Source of the DNA: Nitrospirota bacterium
GTDB lineage: Bacteria > Nitrospirota > UBA9217
DNA length: 64,000 nucleotides
Assembly: GCA_963751455.1 (NCBI GenBank)
Contig: CAVVUN010000015.1
Span: 1,504,001-1,568,000 of the forward strand
Direction of reading: 5' to 3'
Within the stretch, counting starts at the first letter, position 1. Each line of letters begins with the position of its first letter. A program made the translations under genes and the position numbers. This document shows, in pieces, positions 1 through 9,179 of the stretch. Under the pieces are notes generated by a model that did no database searches, had not been told where the DNA came from, and was given only the letters and a program-made list of their open reading frames with translations.

Positions 1-1077
1 GGGGTTTGGGGCGGACCGAACCGGCTGTATGCGGCAATCAAGTTCTTTCTCTATACGCTGGTGGGAAGCGTGCTCATGCTGATCGCGATCATAGCGGTTT
101 ATATTTCCGCCGGCCACACTTTTGACGTGATTGCGCTTATGAACACCAAATTCGGCCACACGTTCCAGATGTGGGCCTTTGCCGCATTCTTTACCGCCTT
201 CGCCGTAAAGGTTCCGATGTTCCCGGTCCATACCTGGCTGCCGGATGCGCACGTGGAAGCTCCGACGGCGGGCAGTATCATCCTTGCCGGGATCCTGATC
301 AAGATGGGGGCCTACGGCTTCCTCAGGTTCTCACTGCCCTTTTTCCCGGATGCCGCGATTGCCTGGACCCCGGCCATCATGGTCCTGTCGGTCATCGCGA
401 TAATTTATGGCGCATACATGGCGTTTGCGCAGACGGACTTCAAAAAACTGATCGCGTATTCGAGCGTGAGCCACATGGGGTTCGTGACCCTTGGTATTTT
501 CGCCTTGAACAGCCAGGGGCTGGAGGGCGGAATTCTCCAGATGCTGAACCACGGGGTATCGACCGGCGCATTGTTCCTTGCTGTCGGCGTGATTTACGAG
601 CGCACGCATACCAGAATGATCGCCGATTACGGCGGGATTGCCGCAAAGGTGCCGATCTACGCGACGTTCCTGCTGGTCATAACGCTGTCGTCCATAGGTC
701 TTCCTGGAACGAACGGCTTTATCGGGGAGTTTACGATCCTGCTGGGCGCTTTCCTGCACTATAAACCGTACGCCGTAATCGCGTCCCTCGGCATCATTTT
801 GGGCGCGGGCTATATGCTCTGGCTCTACCAGCGGGTGGCCTTCGGCAAGATAACGAACGAGCATAACGAGCATCTTGCGGACATGAATCTCAGGGAGATT
901 GCGGCTGCGCTGCCGCTCGTAGTTCTCGTGTTTTTCGTCGGGTTGTATCCTAACGCGGCTTTCGGTGTGATGCATGCGTCCGTATCGAACCTGATCCAGC
1001 ACGTGAATGCCAAAGTCGGGACAGTTGCGCCGGTTGCGACGCAGGTCGCGACAGATGTAGTGAAGATGGTACAGTGA
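1..1077 (+). CDS. nuoM: NADH-quinone oxidoreductase subunit M (5' end lies before the window)
   Basis: AVKVPMFPVHTWLPDAHVEAPT, LIAYSSVSHMG and GLPGTNGFIGEF motifs; the frame is open upstream of 61 (NRLYAAIKFFLYT). Confidence 0.95.
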   Translation, partial: GVWGGPNRLYAAIKFFLYTLVGSVLMLIAIIAVYISAGHTFDVIALMNTKFGHTFQMWAFAAFFTAFAVKVPMFPVHTWLPDAHVEAPTAGSIILAGILIKMGAYGFLRFSLPFFPDAAIAWTPAIMVLSVIAIIYGAYMAFAQTDFKKLIAYSSVSHMGFVTLGIFALNSQGLEGGILQMLNHGVSTGALFLAVGVIYERTHTRMIADYGGIAAKVPIYATFLLVITLSSIGLPGTNGFIGEFTILLGAFLHYKPYAVIASLGIILGAGYMLWLYQRVAFGKITNEHNEHLADMNLREIAAALPLVVLVFFVGLYPNAAFGVMHASVSNLIQHVNAKVGTVAPVATQVATDVVKMVQ

Positions 1078-1086
1078 CCATTTTTG

Positions 1087-1163
1087 TCCGCAGATTTCGC
1101 AGATTTTAGGATTAAATCGCTTTAATCTTTTAACAATCTGCGCAGATCTGTGTAATCTGCGGA
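1087..1163. repeat. Imperfect palindromic intergenic repeat (CGCAGAT/ATCTGCG units)
   Basis: tccgcagatt at 1087 is complementary to aatctgcgga ending at 1163; units resemble the repeats at 7960-8200 and 18080-18190. Confidence 0.65.
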
Positions 1164-1191
1164 TATATGTCTTCGAATCTAAGGAGTTTTT

Positions 1192-2646
1192 ATGTCAAGC
1201 ATGTTTACGCAGTTCTTACAATCCATAACGCCGATTTATCCCGAGGTCGTCATGATCACCGTGGCGCTTACGGTGCTCATCTTCGATTTTTTCATTGAAA
1301 AGGACCGGAAAGCGTACCTTGGATGGTACAGCCTGCTCGGCGTGCTGATTGCCGCCTTTGCCACGTACCGCCTGATGGGCTCGAGCGGCGTGTTCTTCGG
1401 CGGTACCTTCCAACTCGACGCGTTTTCAACGTTTTTCAAGTTCGTTTTTTATATTACCTGCGGTCTGGGTATCCTTGTCTCGATCAATTACCTGAAGATA
1501 GAGGACATTCACCGCGGCGAGTACTACGCGCTGATCCTGTTCGCGACAACAGGCATGATGCTGATGGCGTCGGCGGCGGACCTTATTACGCTTTATCTCG
1601 GGTTGGAACTGATGGCGCTCTCGGTCTACATTCTTGCCGGCTTTATGCAGAGCGACAACCGGTCGAACGAGGCCGCTATTAAATATCTCCTGCTCGGCGC
1701 CTTCTCGTCGGGCATCATGATCTACGGCATGTCCTTGCTGTACGGGTTGACCGGCACTACGAACCTCAGCGGCATACTTGCGTTTTTGAAGGGAGCGGAC
1801 ATTACCAATCCGGCGCTTTTCCTTGCGATGATCATGCTCGTGGTCAGTTTCGGTTTCAAGGTCGCGGCAGTCCCGTTCCATATGTGGGTGCCGGACGTAT
1901 ATGAAGGCGCCCCGACGTCGGTCACAGCTTTCATGTCCGCAGGTCCCAAGGTTGCGGGTTTTGCAGTGCTGCTTCGGGTTTTCCTGTACTCGCTGGAGCC
2001 GCTGCATGCGCATTCGACCGCCATTCTCGCGGGTCTTGCCGTTCTTACCATGGCGGTCGGAAATGTCATGGCCCTGTCGCAGATGAACATTAAGCGCATG
2101 CTTGCGTATTCCTCGATCGCACATGCGGGCTACGCACTGGTCGGGCTTGCAGCAGGCGGACCCGAAGGCGCGGCAAGCGTCATGCTTTATGTCTGCATTT
2201 ACGCCCTGATGAACATGGGTGCCTTTGGTGTTGTCATAATGCTGAGAAAAGCGGGGGAGCGCGGCGAAGATATCATGGACTTCGCGGGCCTTGGAAAAAC
2301 GAACAAGACGGCCGCCTTCCTTATGCTCATCTTCATGTTTTCGCTTACAGGCATTCCTCCGACGGCCGGCTTCATCGGGAAGTTCTACATCTTTAAGTCC
2401 GCGGTCGAGGCCGGCTTTACCTGGCTCGCCGTTGTCGGTGTCCTGTTTTCTTCGATCAGCGCCTTTTTCTACCTTCGGGTCATCATGGTTATGTACATGA
2501 AAGAACCGAGGGCTGCGATCGAAATGAGCACGTCGCCGTCCCTGGCCCTTGCTCTTGCAATTTCGGTTACCGCGGTAGTCTACATAGGCATTCTTCCGCA
2601 GGAGCTTCTGAATTACGCGCGGGCTTCGATTGCAGGGCTGATGTAA
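1192..2646 (+). CDS. nuoN: NADH-quinone oxidoreductase subunit N
   Basis: FKVAAVPFHMWVPDVYEGAP, EAAIKY and KRMLAYSSIAHAGY motifs; follows nuoM; RBS aaggag. Confidence 0.96.
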   Translation: MSSMFTQFLQSITPIYPEVVMITVALTVLIFDFFIEKDRKAYLGWYSLLGVLIAAFATYRLMGSSGVFFGGTFQLDAFSTFFKFVFYITCGLGILVSINYLKIEDIHRGEYYALILFATTGMMLMASAADLITLYLGLELMALSVYILAGFMQSDNRSNEAAIKYLLLGAFSSGIMIYGMSLLYGLTGTTNLSGILAFLKGADITNPALFLAMIMLVVSFGFKVAAVPFHMWVPDVYEGAPTSVTAFMSAGPKVAGFAVLLRVFLYSLEPLHAHSTAILAGLAVLTMAVGNVMALSQMNIKRMLAYSSIAHAGYALVGLAAGGPEGAASVMLYVCIYALMNMGAFGVVIMLRKAGERGEDIMDFAGLGKTNKTAAFLMLIFMFSLTGIPPTAGFIGKFYIFKSAVEAGFTWLAVVGVLFSSISAFFYLRVIMVMYMKEPRAAIEMSTSPSLALALAISVTAVVYIGILPQELLNYARASIAGLM

Positions 2647-2665
2647 TCATCTTGATACGGTTAAC

Positions 2666-2703
2666 GCCCGACCTTCTGTAACAGGAAGATCGGGCATTTT
2701 TTT
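2666..2703 (+). terminator. Intrinsic terminator of the nuo operon
   Basis: gcccgaccttc...gaagatcgggc stem followed by a T run. Confidence 0.75.
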
Positions 2704-2726
2704 GGCCTTTTGACAGAAAACGGAAT

Positions 2727-3623
2727 ATGAAACGATTCTCTATCAGAATTATCCTGCATGGCTTCCTCTTGACAGGATTGGTATCCTCCGTCTCTGCACA
2801 GGAAGCGGTAGCGAGCACGGGCCTTGACGCGAATTCCGGCATAAAGCAGCCTGTCGTGGAAACCGTGTTTCTCCCGGACCGCGAGCTGTTTAAGCCTCTC
2901 CTCGCTGACCTGAAAGAACCCAGGTTCTATCTGAGCTACCGGAGATATTCTTATCAGTCGGACCGCATAAATGCCGCAGCGGGCGGATATGGTCAAATAA
3001 TAGGATTGTACCGGAACATCGATCACGAACGGGGAAGTGCCTGGCAGGCGAGCTTCGGAGGAGGCATTCATTCTCAGTTCAACCTGGATGCGCGCTCTTT
3101 TGCACTTGTGAACACCGACTATACCATTGGTTTCCCGCTTACCTTTCGGAAGGGACAGGACTCGCTTCGTCTGGCCCTGTATCACCAGAGCTCCCACCTC
3201 GGAGACGAGTTCCTCCTTCAGACAAAAGCTGACCGCATGGAGCTCTCGTACGAGGCCATCAATTGTATAGCATCACGTGAACGGAGCGAATGGCGCGCAT
3301 ATGCAGGCGGAGAATACCTGGTGCATAAAGTCCCCTCGGATTTGAAACCGCTGGGCCTGCAGGCAGGGATCGAATACTACAGTTCCTCTGCTCTCATTGG
3401 AAGGGGACGATTGGTCGGAGGACTGGATTTGAAGACCGACCAGGAACACAATTGGGCGCTGAACGCTTCTGTTAAGGCAGGACTGCAGTACGACAGCACT
3501 GAATCCAACGGCAATTACGTTCGGGTTCTCCTGGAAGGGTACAATGGTTATGCGCCGCACGGTCAGTTTTATACCTCGCGGCTCGGTTTTTACGGTTTGG
3601 GTGTAGCTCTCGGCTTCGATTAA
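2727..3623 (+). CDS. DUF1207-like outer-membrane protein
   Basis: Signal peptide; FKPLLADLKEPR, LVNTDY, YHQSSHLGDE and GYAPHGQF motifs; aromatic residue near the C-terminus. Confidence 0.75.
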   Translation: MKRFSIRIILHGFLLTGLVSSVSAQEAVASTGLDANSGIKQPVVETVFLPDRELFKPLLADLKEPRFYLSYRRYSYQSDRINAAAGGYGQIIGLYRNIDHERGSAWQASFGGGIHSQFNLDARSFALVNTDYTIGFPLTFRKGQDSLRLALYHQSSHLGDEFLLQTKADRMELSYEAINCIASRERSEWRAYAGGEYLVHKVPSDLKPLGLQAGIEYYSSSALIGRGRLVGGLDLKTDQEHNWALNASVKAGLQYDSTESNGNYVRVLLEGYNGYAPHGQFYTSRLGFYGLGVALGFD

Positions 3624-3900
3624 ATTGTTGCTGAAAATTCGGGAGGAAGTTCAAGATCCTTTTCTTTTTTCTGCACCGCCGTTCTCATCGCCGCGCAGAC
3701 ATGCCATAGTGTCTTCTTTTTTACTTCTCAACACAGCAGTCCATTGCGCTGAGCTTCGCACGCGCATGCACGATTTGTGGTTTACCGGCTCGCGTCCCGG
3801 TCATGTAAAGCGCGGACGCTGCTCACGGGATGCAGGGGGTTCTGGAAAAGCAACAGCATTTAAGCTATCGCAATCCGCGATGATTTGATATACTTTCCTC

Positions 3901-4605
3901 ATGAGAAAAGAAGCCGGCGGATACATATTAAAAGAATATGGTTCCTGGAGCGTGCTGATTATCGCGTTCATGACGGGTCTTGCGGTCAGCCGCGCAGCGT
4001 TGACCTGGAAGGTTGTTCCGCTATTTCTTGCCCTCGGCCTGCTTATCAACTCAAAGCAGGCGTTCACGAAATGGCTGCGTAAAAGAGACGACAGGCAAGC
4101 GCTTCTCTTTTTCCTGGGCCATATTGCCGCCGCGACCGTCCTTCTTCTTGCAATATTCGGGGGCGATATTCCGCTGCTGCTCCCGCTTCTGATTTTTCCT
4201 GCTGCTTATCTCCTCTCGAACAGACTTGCCGGAGAGCACAATTTGCTGACCGAGGTGCTGGGTTTCATCCTTATCAGCCTGGCTGCCGTACTTGCCAAGT
4301 TTGCGCTTACAGGCGGCATCGATGTCCGCCTTTTTGTCGCTGTGGCTGTCTATTTCTCGGCAGGCGTATTCAAAGTAAAGGCGCTTCTTCGCAAAAGACT
4401 GCAAGACCGCATACTGACGGCCTTATACGTATTTTTTGCGGTTTATGCATATCGCGGCTTTCATGTTTCTCTCATCATTCTTTTACCCCTCATCGACAAC
4501 CTCGTTGTAGCCGCTGCTCTGTACCGCGTGAAACTCAAAACCACAGGCTGGATAGAAGTCGCGAAAAGCGTGCTTTTCCTCGGCCTCATGGCAGCGTATT
4601 ATTAA
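3901..4605 (+). CDS. YwiC-like membrane protein
   Basis: N-terminal KEYGSW motif, multiple TM helices and C-terminal GWIE. Confidence 0.7.
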   Translation: MRKEAGGYILKEYGSWSVLIIAFMTGLAVSRAALTWKVVPLFLALGLLINSKQAFTKWLRKRDDRQALLFFLGHIAAATVLLLAIFGGDIPLLLPLLIFPAAYLLSNRLAGEHNLLTEVLGFILISLAAVLAKFALTGGIDVRLFVAVAVYFSAGVFKVKALLRKRLQDRILTALYVFFAVYAYRGFHVSLIILLPLIDNLVVAAALYRVKLKTTGWIEVAKSVLFLGLMAAYY

Positions 4606-4704
4606 ATTCTCACTCGGTTCATTGAGCCTACAGTCCGCCTACATATTGCCCTTCAATGAATCATCATTGACAATAAAGCGTGACTTAATGCATACTGTAT
4701 CAGC

Positions 4705-7149
4705 ATGAAAAAGTTCCTGATACCATTGGCGTTTGTCGTTAACATCAGTCTGACCGTCTTCGGTTTCGGGGTCCTGCTCGAATCGCCATACACCGGCTTG
4801 CGGATGAGCGTGTGCGGGGACCACGCCTGCGTCAAGAGCGTGGACAAGAACAGCCCGGCTTACGGCAAGATTCAACCCGGCGACAGGGTCTACGATGTAA
4901 GCGGTTTAAATATTTCCTATCTGATTTTCCATGAAGACCCGGACTACATTCGATTAGAGCGTGACTTCGATAAATTCTGGGAAGCTGAATATGCGTTACA
5001 TGACGCGGTCGTCAGGGGACGGCCGCTGGAGATTTCCGTAGAGAAAGTCGACAGCGTATCCACCGTTTCACTGATACCTGTGGAATTTCCATTCTCTCAG
5101 GCATTTCTTCGAACAGCCCCCATTTATATGGTAGGTTGGACGTTCCTGATTGTCGCGTATCTGGTTTACAGGAAGAAGGCAAACGAAGCATCCAGGATAT
5201 TTTTGCTTGTTGGCGCTTTTGTCTGCATTGACTGGGCCGCAGGCGCTCCCTTTACCGTACGTGACGTTTCCTTTCCCTATATTCCGTTCAGAATATTAAA
5301 CAGGATTGACTTTTTATCCGCATTGATACTGATCTGTTCTTTTCTCCACATGGCGCTCGTTTTTCCAAAAAGGCTCCTGCGTTCGAACCTTCACTCCTGG
5401 ACAGTAGGCGGTCTTTATTCTCTTGCCGTCCTGCTCATTATCTTGCGGTTGATGCATTTTTTCGATAATACGTATCTTACGACCTACACCGCTTTTTCCG
5501 TGGTTCTCACAGCCGTGGTCATCGTGTATACGGTCCAGTATTTTGCCGAGAAAAACCCCATCGTACGGCGGCAGATCAAATGGGTTGTTCTCAGCATCCT
5601 GATCAGCTCGATCATATACGGCGGATTGAGCTCAATTCCGGTACTGCTCGGATCGGAGTTTGTTTCAGTCGCGCTTTCGGGCCTGGGGTTCATCCTAATC
5701 CCGCTCTCCTTTGCGTTCGCCATCACCAGATACCGCCTCATGGAGATCGAGAATATTCTTGACGCCGCCGTCATATACGGCTTCACGGTACTCGTGCTCG
5801 CGGGCGTGGAGGCCGTGTTCCTCAGCTTCGCTTCGCCCTACGTCCTGGCCGGCGGCAAGGGCCTGCCTTACTTCTCCGTGATCGCCGTGCTCCTGATCGT
5901 GTTCATCTACGTCCCGGTCCGCAATTTCATAAAAGGCCTGGTGGAGCGGCTGTTCAAGCGCGGCAGGTATGACGTAGAGAAGGAGCTTCAGCAGTTCACG
6001 ATGAGCCTCGGCCAGTGCGACGAGAGCGAACCTCTCGAAAAATTTACCTTATTCGTAAAGGGCCTGCTCAGGCCATCGGGCGTCATCGTCATGAAAATAG
6101 CGGGCGGGACGGTATCTCTTCTCCACGCCGACAACGAGCATGTGCGTAGTCAGGGTAATGCCGTCCTGGCGAAAGCAGAAGCCGTGTGGGAGCGCGTCCG
6201 GAACAGGGGAACATGTGTCGGCTACGAGATTTCGGAAACGTTCGCCGTTGACGGGTCATTGTTCGCACCCGATCTTGAGAATGCCCTGTTCGTACCCTTC
6301 TTCAGCAATTCCGCCGATGTACGGAGTGGTTATTTGGCAGTGCTGCTCAAGAAGTGGAATGAGACCGCTTATTCCGTCAAGGACGTGACCCTTCTGAACG
6401 CGATCTCGGTCAATATCGCCGGCATTATCGAAGCCGGGGAACTTCGCAGGGAACGCGCAGAGATCGAAGAGAAATTCAGGAAAGAGAAAGACTATGTCAT
6501 GAGAGAGAAAGACTATGTCATGAGAGAGCTTCACGATGGGCTCGGGAATATCCTGACCAGCGTCACGGTCACCTCCCAGGCGGCAGAGAGAATGCTCAAG
6601 AGAGATACCAGCAACGCGAAAGAGCTCGTTGCCCGCATTAGTGAATATTCCTCCGACGCAATGGACTTCATGCGCACAGGCTTGACCATCCTTGACAATC
6701 CCGGCGGCGACGTTGCAACGATCATGGAAACCGTGAAGGACAGATTCGACGCTGCGTTCGAATCGTCCGGGACCGAGCTTCGCATCGATTGCAGTGAAGA
6801 CGCCGGCAGGCAGAGGCCCGGCGCGGTTCTTGCCCTGAATCTTGCCAGGATCATCCAGGAGGCATTTGGCAACATTATGAAACATGCGGGCGCAAAGCAT
6901 GCGTGCGTTCGGGTGGATTGGTCAGGAGGCCGGCTCTCGATGACAATCTCAGACGATGGGAAGGGGTTTTTAGTGGAAGAAAAAAAGACGGGGTTCGGGC
7001 TTAAGAACCTGCTGAAGCGCATAGAAGACATGAGGGGCTCAATGGACGTCTCCTCGTCGCCGGGAAAGGGTACGGAGCTTCGGTTTACGATGCCGCTTGC
7101 GGCCAATGGAGAGGAGGCGGTGGAGACACATGCGCCTGGCAATCGTTGA
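4705..7149 (+). CDS. Membrane sensor histidine kinase (periplasmic PDZ, multi-TM, GAF-like, HisKA_3, HATPase)
   Basis: PDZ-like SVDKNSPAYGKIQPGDRV; H-box ELHDGLGNIL; N-box EAFGNIMKHA; G boxes DDGKGF and GFGLKNL. Confidence 0.9.
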   Translation: MKKFLIPLAFVVNISLTVFGFGVLLESPYTGLRMSVCGDHACVKSVDKNSPAYGKIQPGDRVYDVSGLNISYLIFHEDPDYIRLERDFDKFWEAEYALHDAVVRGRPLEISVEKVDSVSTVSLIPVEFPFSQAFLRTAPIYMVGWTFLIVAYLVYRKKANEASRIFLLVGAFVCIDWAAGAPFTVRDVSFPYIPFRILNRIDFLSALILICSFLHMALVFPKRLLRSNLHSWTVGGLYSLAVLLIILRLMHFFDNTYLTTYTAFSVVLTAVVIVYTVQYFAEKNPIVRRQIKWVVLSILISSIIYGGLSSIPVLLGSEFVSVALSGLGFILIPLSFAFAITRYRLMEIENILDAAVIYGFTVLVLAGVEAVFLSFASPYVLAGGKGLPYFSVIAVLLIVFIYVPVRNFIKGLVERLFKRGRYDVEKELQQFTMSLGQCDESEPLEKFTLFVKGLLRPSGVIVMKIAGGTVSLLHADNEHVRSQGNAVLAKAEAVWERVRNRGTCVGYEISETFAVDGSLFAPDLENALFVPFFSNSADVRSGYLAVLLKKWNETAYSVKDVTLLNAISVNIAGIIEAGELRRERAEIEEKFRKEKDYVMREKDYVMRELHDGLGNILTSVTVTSQAAERMLKRDTSNAKELVARISEYSSDAMDFMRTGLTILDNPGGDVATIMETVKDRFDAAFESSGTELRIDCSEDAGRQRPGAVLALNLARIIQEAFGNIMKHAGAKHACVRVDWSGGRLSMTISDDGKGFLVEEKKTGFGLKNLLKRIEDMRGSMDVSSSPGKGTELRFTMPLAANGEEAVETHAPGNR
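6484..6525 (+). repeat. Perfect 21-nt tandem duplication (EKDYVMR x2)
   Basis: gagaaagactatgtcatgaga occurs twice directly before the H-box codons. Confidence 0.95.
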
Positions 7150-7753
7150 AGACGCCCCGGCACTTCTTGAGAATCTCAAAATCATCCTGAGCGGCGAGGC
7201 GGACATATCGGTCGTGGGCGCATATGATTGCGCTGAAGATGCGCTTGCCGACCTTGGGCGAGCCGCTCCCGAGGTCATGCTCGTTGATCTCGGACTGCCC
7301 CGGATGTCGGGCCTCGAGCTGATCGCACGAGCGAAAGCGCGTATTCCCAAACTTGACATCCTCGTTTATACCGTGTTCGACGACTGGAAAAACGTGTTTG
7401 CTGCGCTGAAGGCCGGGGCAGCGGGCTACATTCTCAAGGGAACCAAACCGCGGGAACTCATCGAGGCGGTCATCGGCCTGTACGAAGGGGGCGCGCCCAT
7501 GAGCCCGAGGATCGCCAGGATGGTTATCTCCGAGTATCACAGCGAGAGTGCGGGCGACCGGTACGCGCTGACCTCGCGGGAAAAGGAAATTCTCAGCGCC
7601 ATGGACAAGCGCATGTCCTATAAGGAGATAGCGGCCATGATGCACATAAGCCCCCATACGGTCCGCACGCATATTCGGAACATCTATGAAAAACTCCAGG
7701 CCAAGAACAGGGAAGAAGCCTTGATGAAGGCGAAAAAAGACAGCGCTATCTGA
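7130..7753 (+). CDS. NarL/LuxR-family response regulator
   Basis: REC domain (IVED, VDLGLP, YILKG) plus LuxR HTH (LTSREKEIL, ISPHTVRTHIRNIYEKL); overlaps the kinase stop. Confidence 0.93.
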   Translation: MRLAIVEDAPALLENLKIILSGEADISVVGAYDCAEDALADLGRAAPEVMLVDLGLPRMSGLELIARAKARIPKLDILVYTVFDDWKNVFAALKAGAAGYILKGTKPRELIEAVIGLYEGGAPMSPRIARMVISEYHSESAGDRYALTSREKEILSAMDKRMSYKEIAAMMHISPHTVRTHIRNIYEKLQAKNREEALMKAKKDSAI

Positions 7754-7940
7754 ACATCCTTCGGTGAAATGCCAGTGCCCGCCATATATTTACGCTCCAC
7801 TCACCTTCCCGTCGATTTCTCCATAGAGACCGTTCCAGCGGCTTACCGCTAACTGTTGGCCGTCACTTATTGTAGCGTCTCGCTGTTTAGCGGGCTGTTG
7901 AAAAAGTCTTAAAGCAGTCTTTGCGAGCGTGGTCCCTCAT

Positions 7941-8223
7941 CCTAAAAACGGCATTTGAACACGGATGAACACGGAAACAGCGGATCAAAACAATGTGATA
8001 GAGCAAAAAGCCATCTCGCCTTTTGGGTGAATCCATTACTGTTCGTAACTTCCTATAAACCTAAAAACGGCATTTGGACACGGATGAACACGGAAATAAC
8101 GGATAAAAACAGTGCGATAGAACAAAATAACATCTCGCCCTTTTGGAGAATTATGAAAGAGTTGTATATCTTTGTAAATACGTGTTAATCAGATTTTATC
8201 CGTGTCCAACTGCTTTTTTCAGG
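7941..8223. mobile_element. MITE with IS1380-type ends and a duplicated left part
   Basis: Starts cctaaaaacggcatttg (repeated at 8060), ends caactgcttttttcagg, and is flanked by the direct repeat CTCAT (7936-7940, 8224-8228). Confidence 0.8.
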
Positions 8224-8229
8224 CTCATT

Positions 8230-8354
8230 TGTCATTGCGAGCCGAAGGCGAAGCAATCTCGCTTTGACACTCGGGATAAACTCCGCAATCTTGCCGCTCA
8301 CACGCCTTAAAAATCGAGATTGCCACGTCGCAAAAATCGCTCCTCGCAATGACA
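8230..8354. repeat. REP-like palindromic element (TGTCATTGCGAG...CTCGCAATGACA)
   Basis: Perfect 12-bp terminal inverted repeat with an inner gcaatctc/gagattgc pair. Confidence 0.75.
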
Positions 8355-8387
8355 GCGAGTTTTTATTCAATAACCAATTCGGAGAGC

Positions 8388-8417
8388 ATACCCCAAAAAT
8401 ACCTCACGTGAGGTATT
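8388..8417. promoter_or_regulatory. NarL-type 7-2-7 binding site plus an extra heptamer
   Basis: Perfect palindrome aaTACCTCAcgTGAGGTAtt (8398-8417) preceded by TACCCCA, upstream of the second response regulator. Confidence 0.7.
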
Positions 8418-8504
8418 GTTTCTTTCCAGCATTAAATTTATTCTAACAGCGCACTCCATCAACATACTGCAATTATCGCAGGAAATATGCGACAAATCCC
8501 ACTT

Positions 8505-9128
8505 ATGCGTTTAGCGATCCTTGAAGACAACGTAACTCTCCTGGATAACCTCAGAGTCGTCCTCGGCGGCGAGGGAGGGATAACGGTTGTGGGCGCCTTC
8601 AGTACAGCCGAGGATGCGCTTGCAAACCTGAAGCGGACTTCTCCGGAAATCATGCTCGTAGACATAGGTCTCCCGGGCATCTCGGGAATAGACTTTATCA
8701 AGCTGGCAAAAGCGGAAGATCCAAACCTTGAAATGCTCGTGTATTCGGCCTATGACGACTGGAAAACAGTTTCTTTGGCGTTCAGCGCAGGGGCCATGGG
8801 GTATATCCTCAAAAGCGCCAAGCCGAGGCAACTCGTGGAGGCGATCATGGATCTGTACGAGGGCGGCGCGCCGATGAGCCCCAGGATCGCCAGGATGATA
8901 GTCACGGAATTTCACGCCAAGATCGACAGCGGCGCGGACGTTCTGTCGCAGAGGGAAAGGGAGATCCTCGGCGGGATGGACAAGGGCATGACGTACCGGG
9001 AAATAGCAAAGACCCTTTTGGTGAGTCCGCATACGGTACGTACACATATCAGGAACATTTACGAAAAACTGCCGGCGACAAGCAAATCAGAGGCCCTGCG
9101 GAAAGCGAAGAAAAGCGGATGGCTCTGA
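8505..9128 (+). CDS. NarL/LuxR-family response regulator (paralog of 7130-7753)
   Basis: REC plus LuxR HTH; shares LYEGGAPMSPRIARM and SPHTVRTHIRNIYEKL with the first copy; alternative start at 8487. Confidence 0.93.
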   Translation: MRLAILEDNVTLLDNLRVVLGGEGGITVVGAFSTAEDALANLKRTSPEIMLVDIGLPGISGIDFIKLAKAEDPNLEMLVYSAYDDWKTVSLAFSAGAMGYILKSAKPRQLVEAIMDLYEGGAPMSPRIARMIVTEFHAKIDSGADVLSQREREILGGMDKGMTYREIAKTLLVSPHTVRTHIRNIYEKLPATSKSEALRKAKKSGWL

Positions 9129-9179
9129 CGGGGACGACACTCAAAAAATCGTAAGGACAGCATGTCCGAGGAGGGGATT

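Noticed and set aside
3625-3888. ORF or structured RNA between the DUF1207-like and YwiC-like genes
   Set aside because: No family motif or convincing conserved structure is visible
7941-8223. Repeated units as a CRISPR array
   Set aside because: Only two long imperfect copies, no unique spacers and no cas genes; TIR/TSD structure explains them
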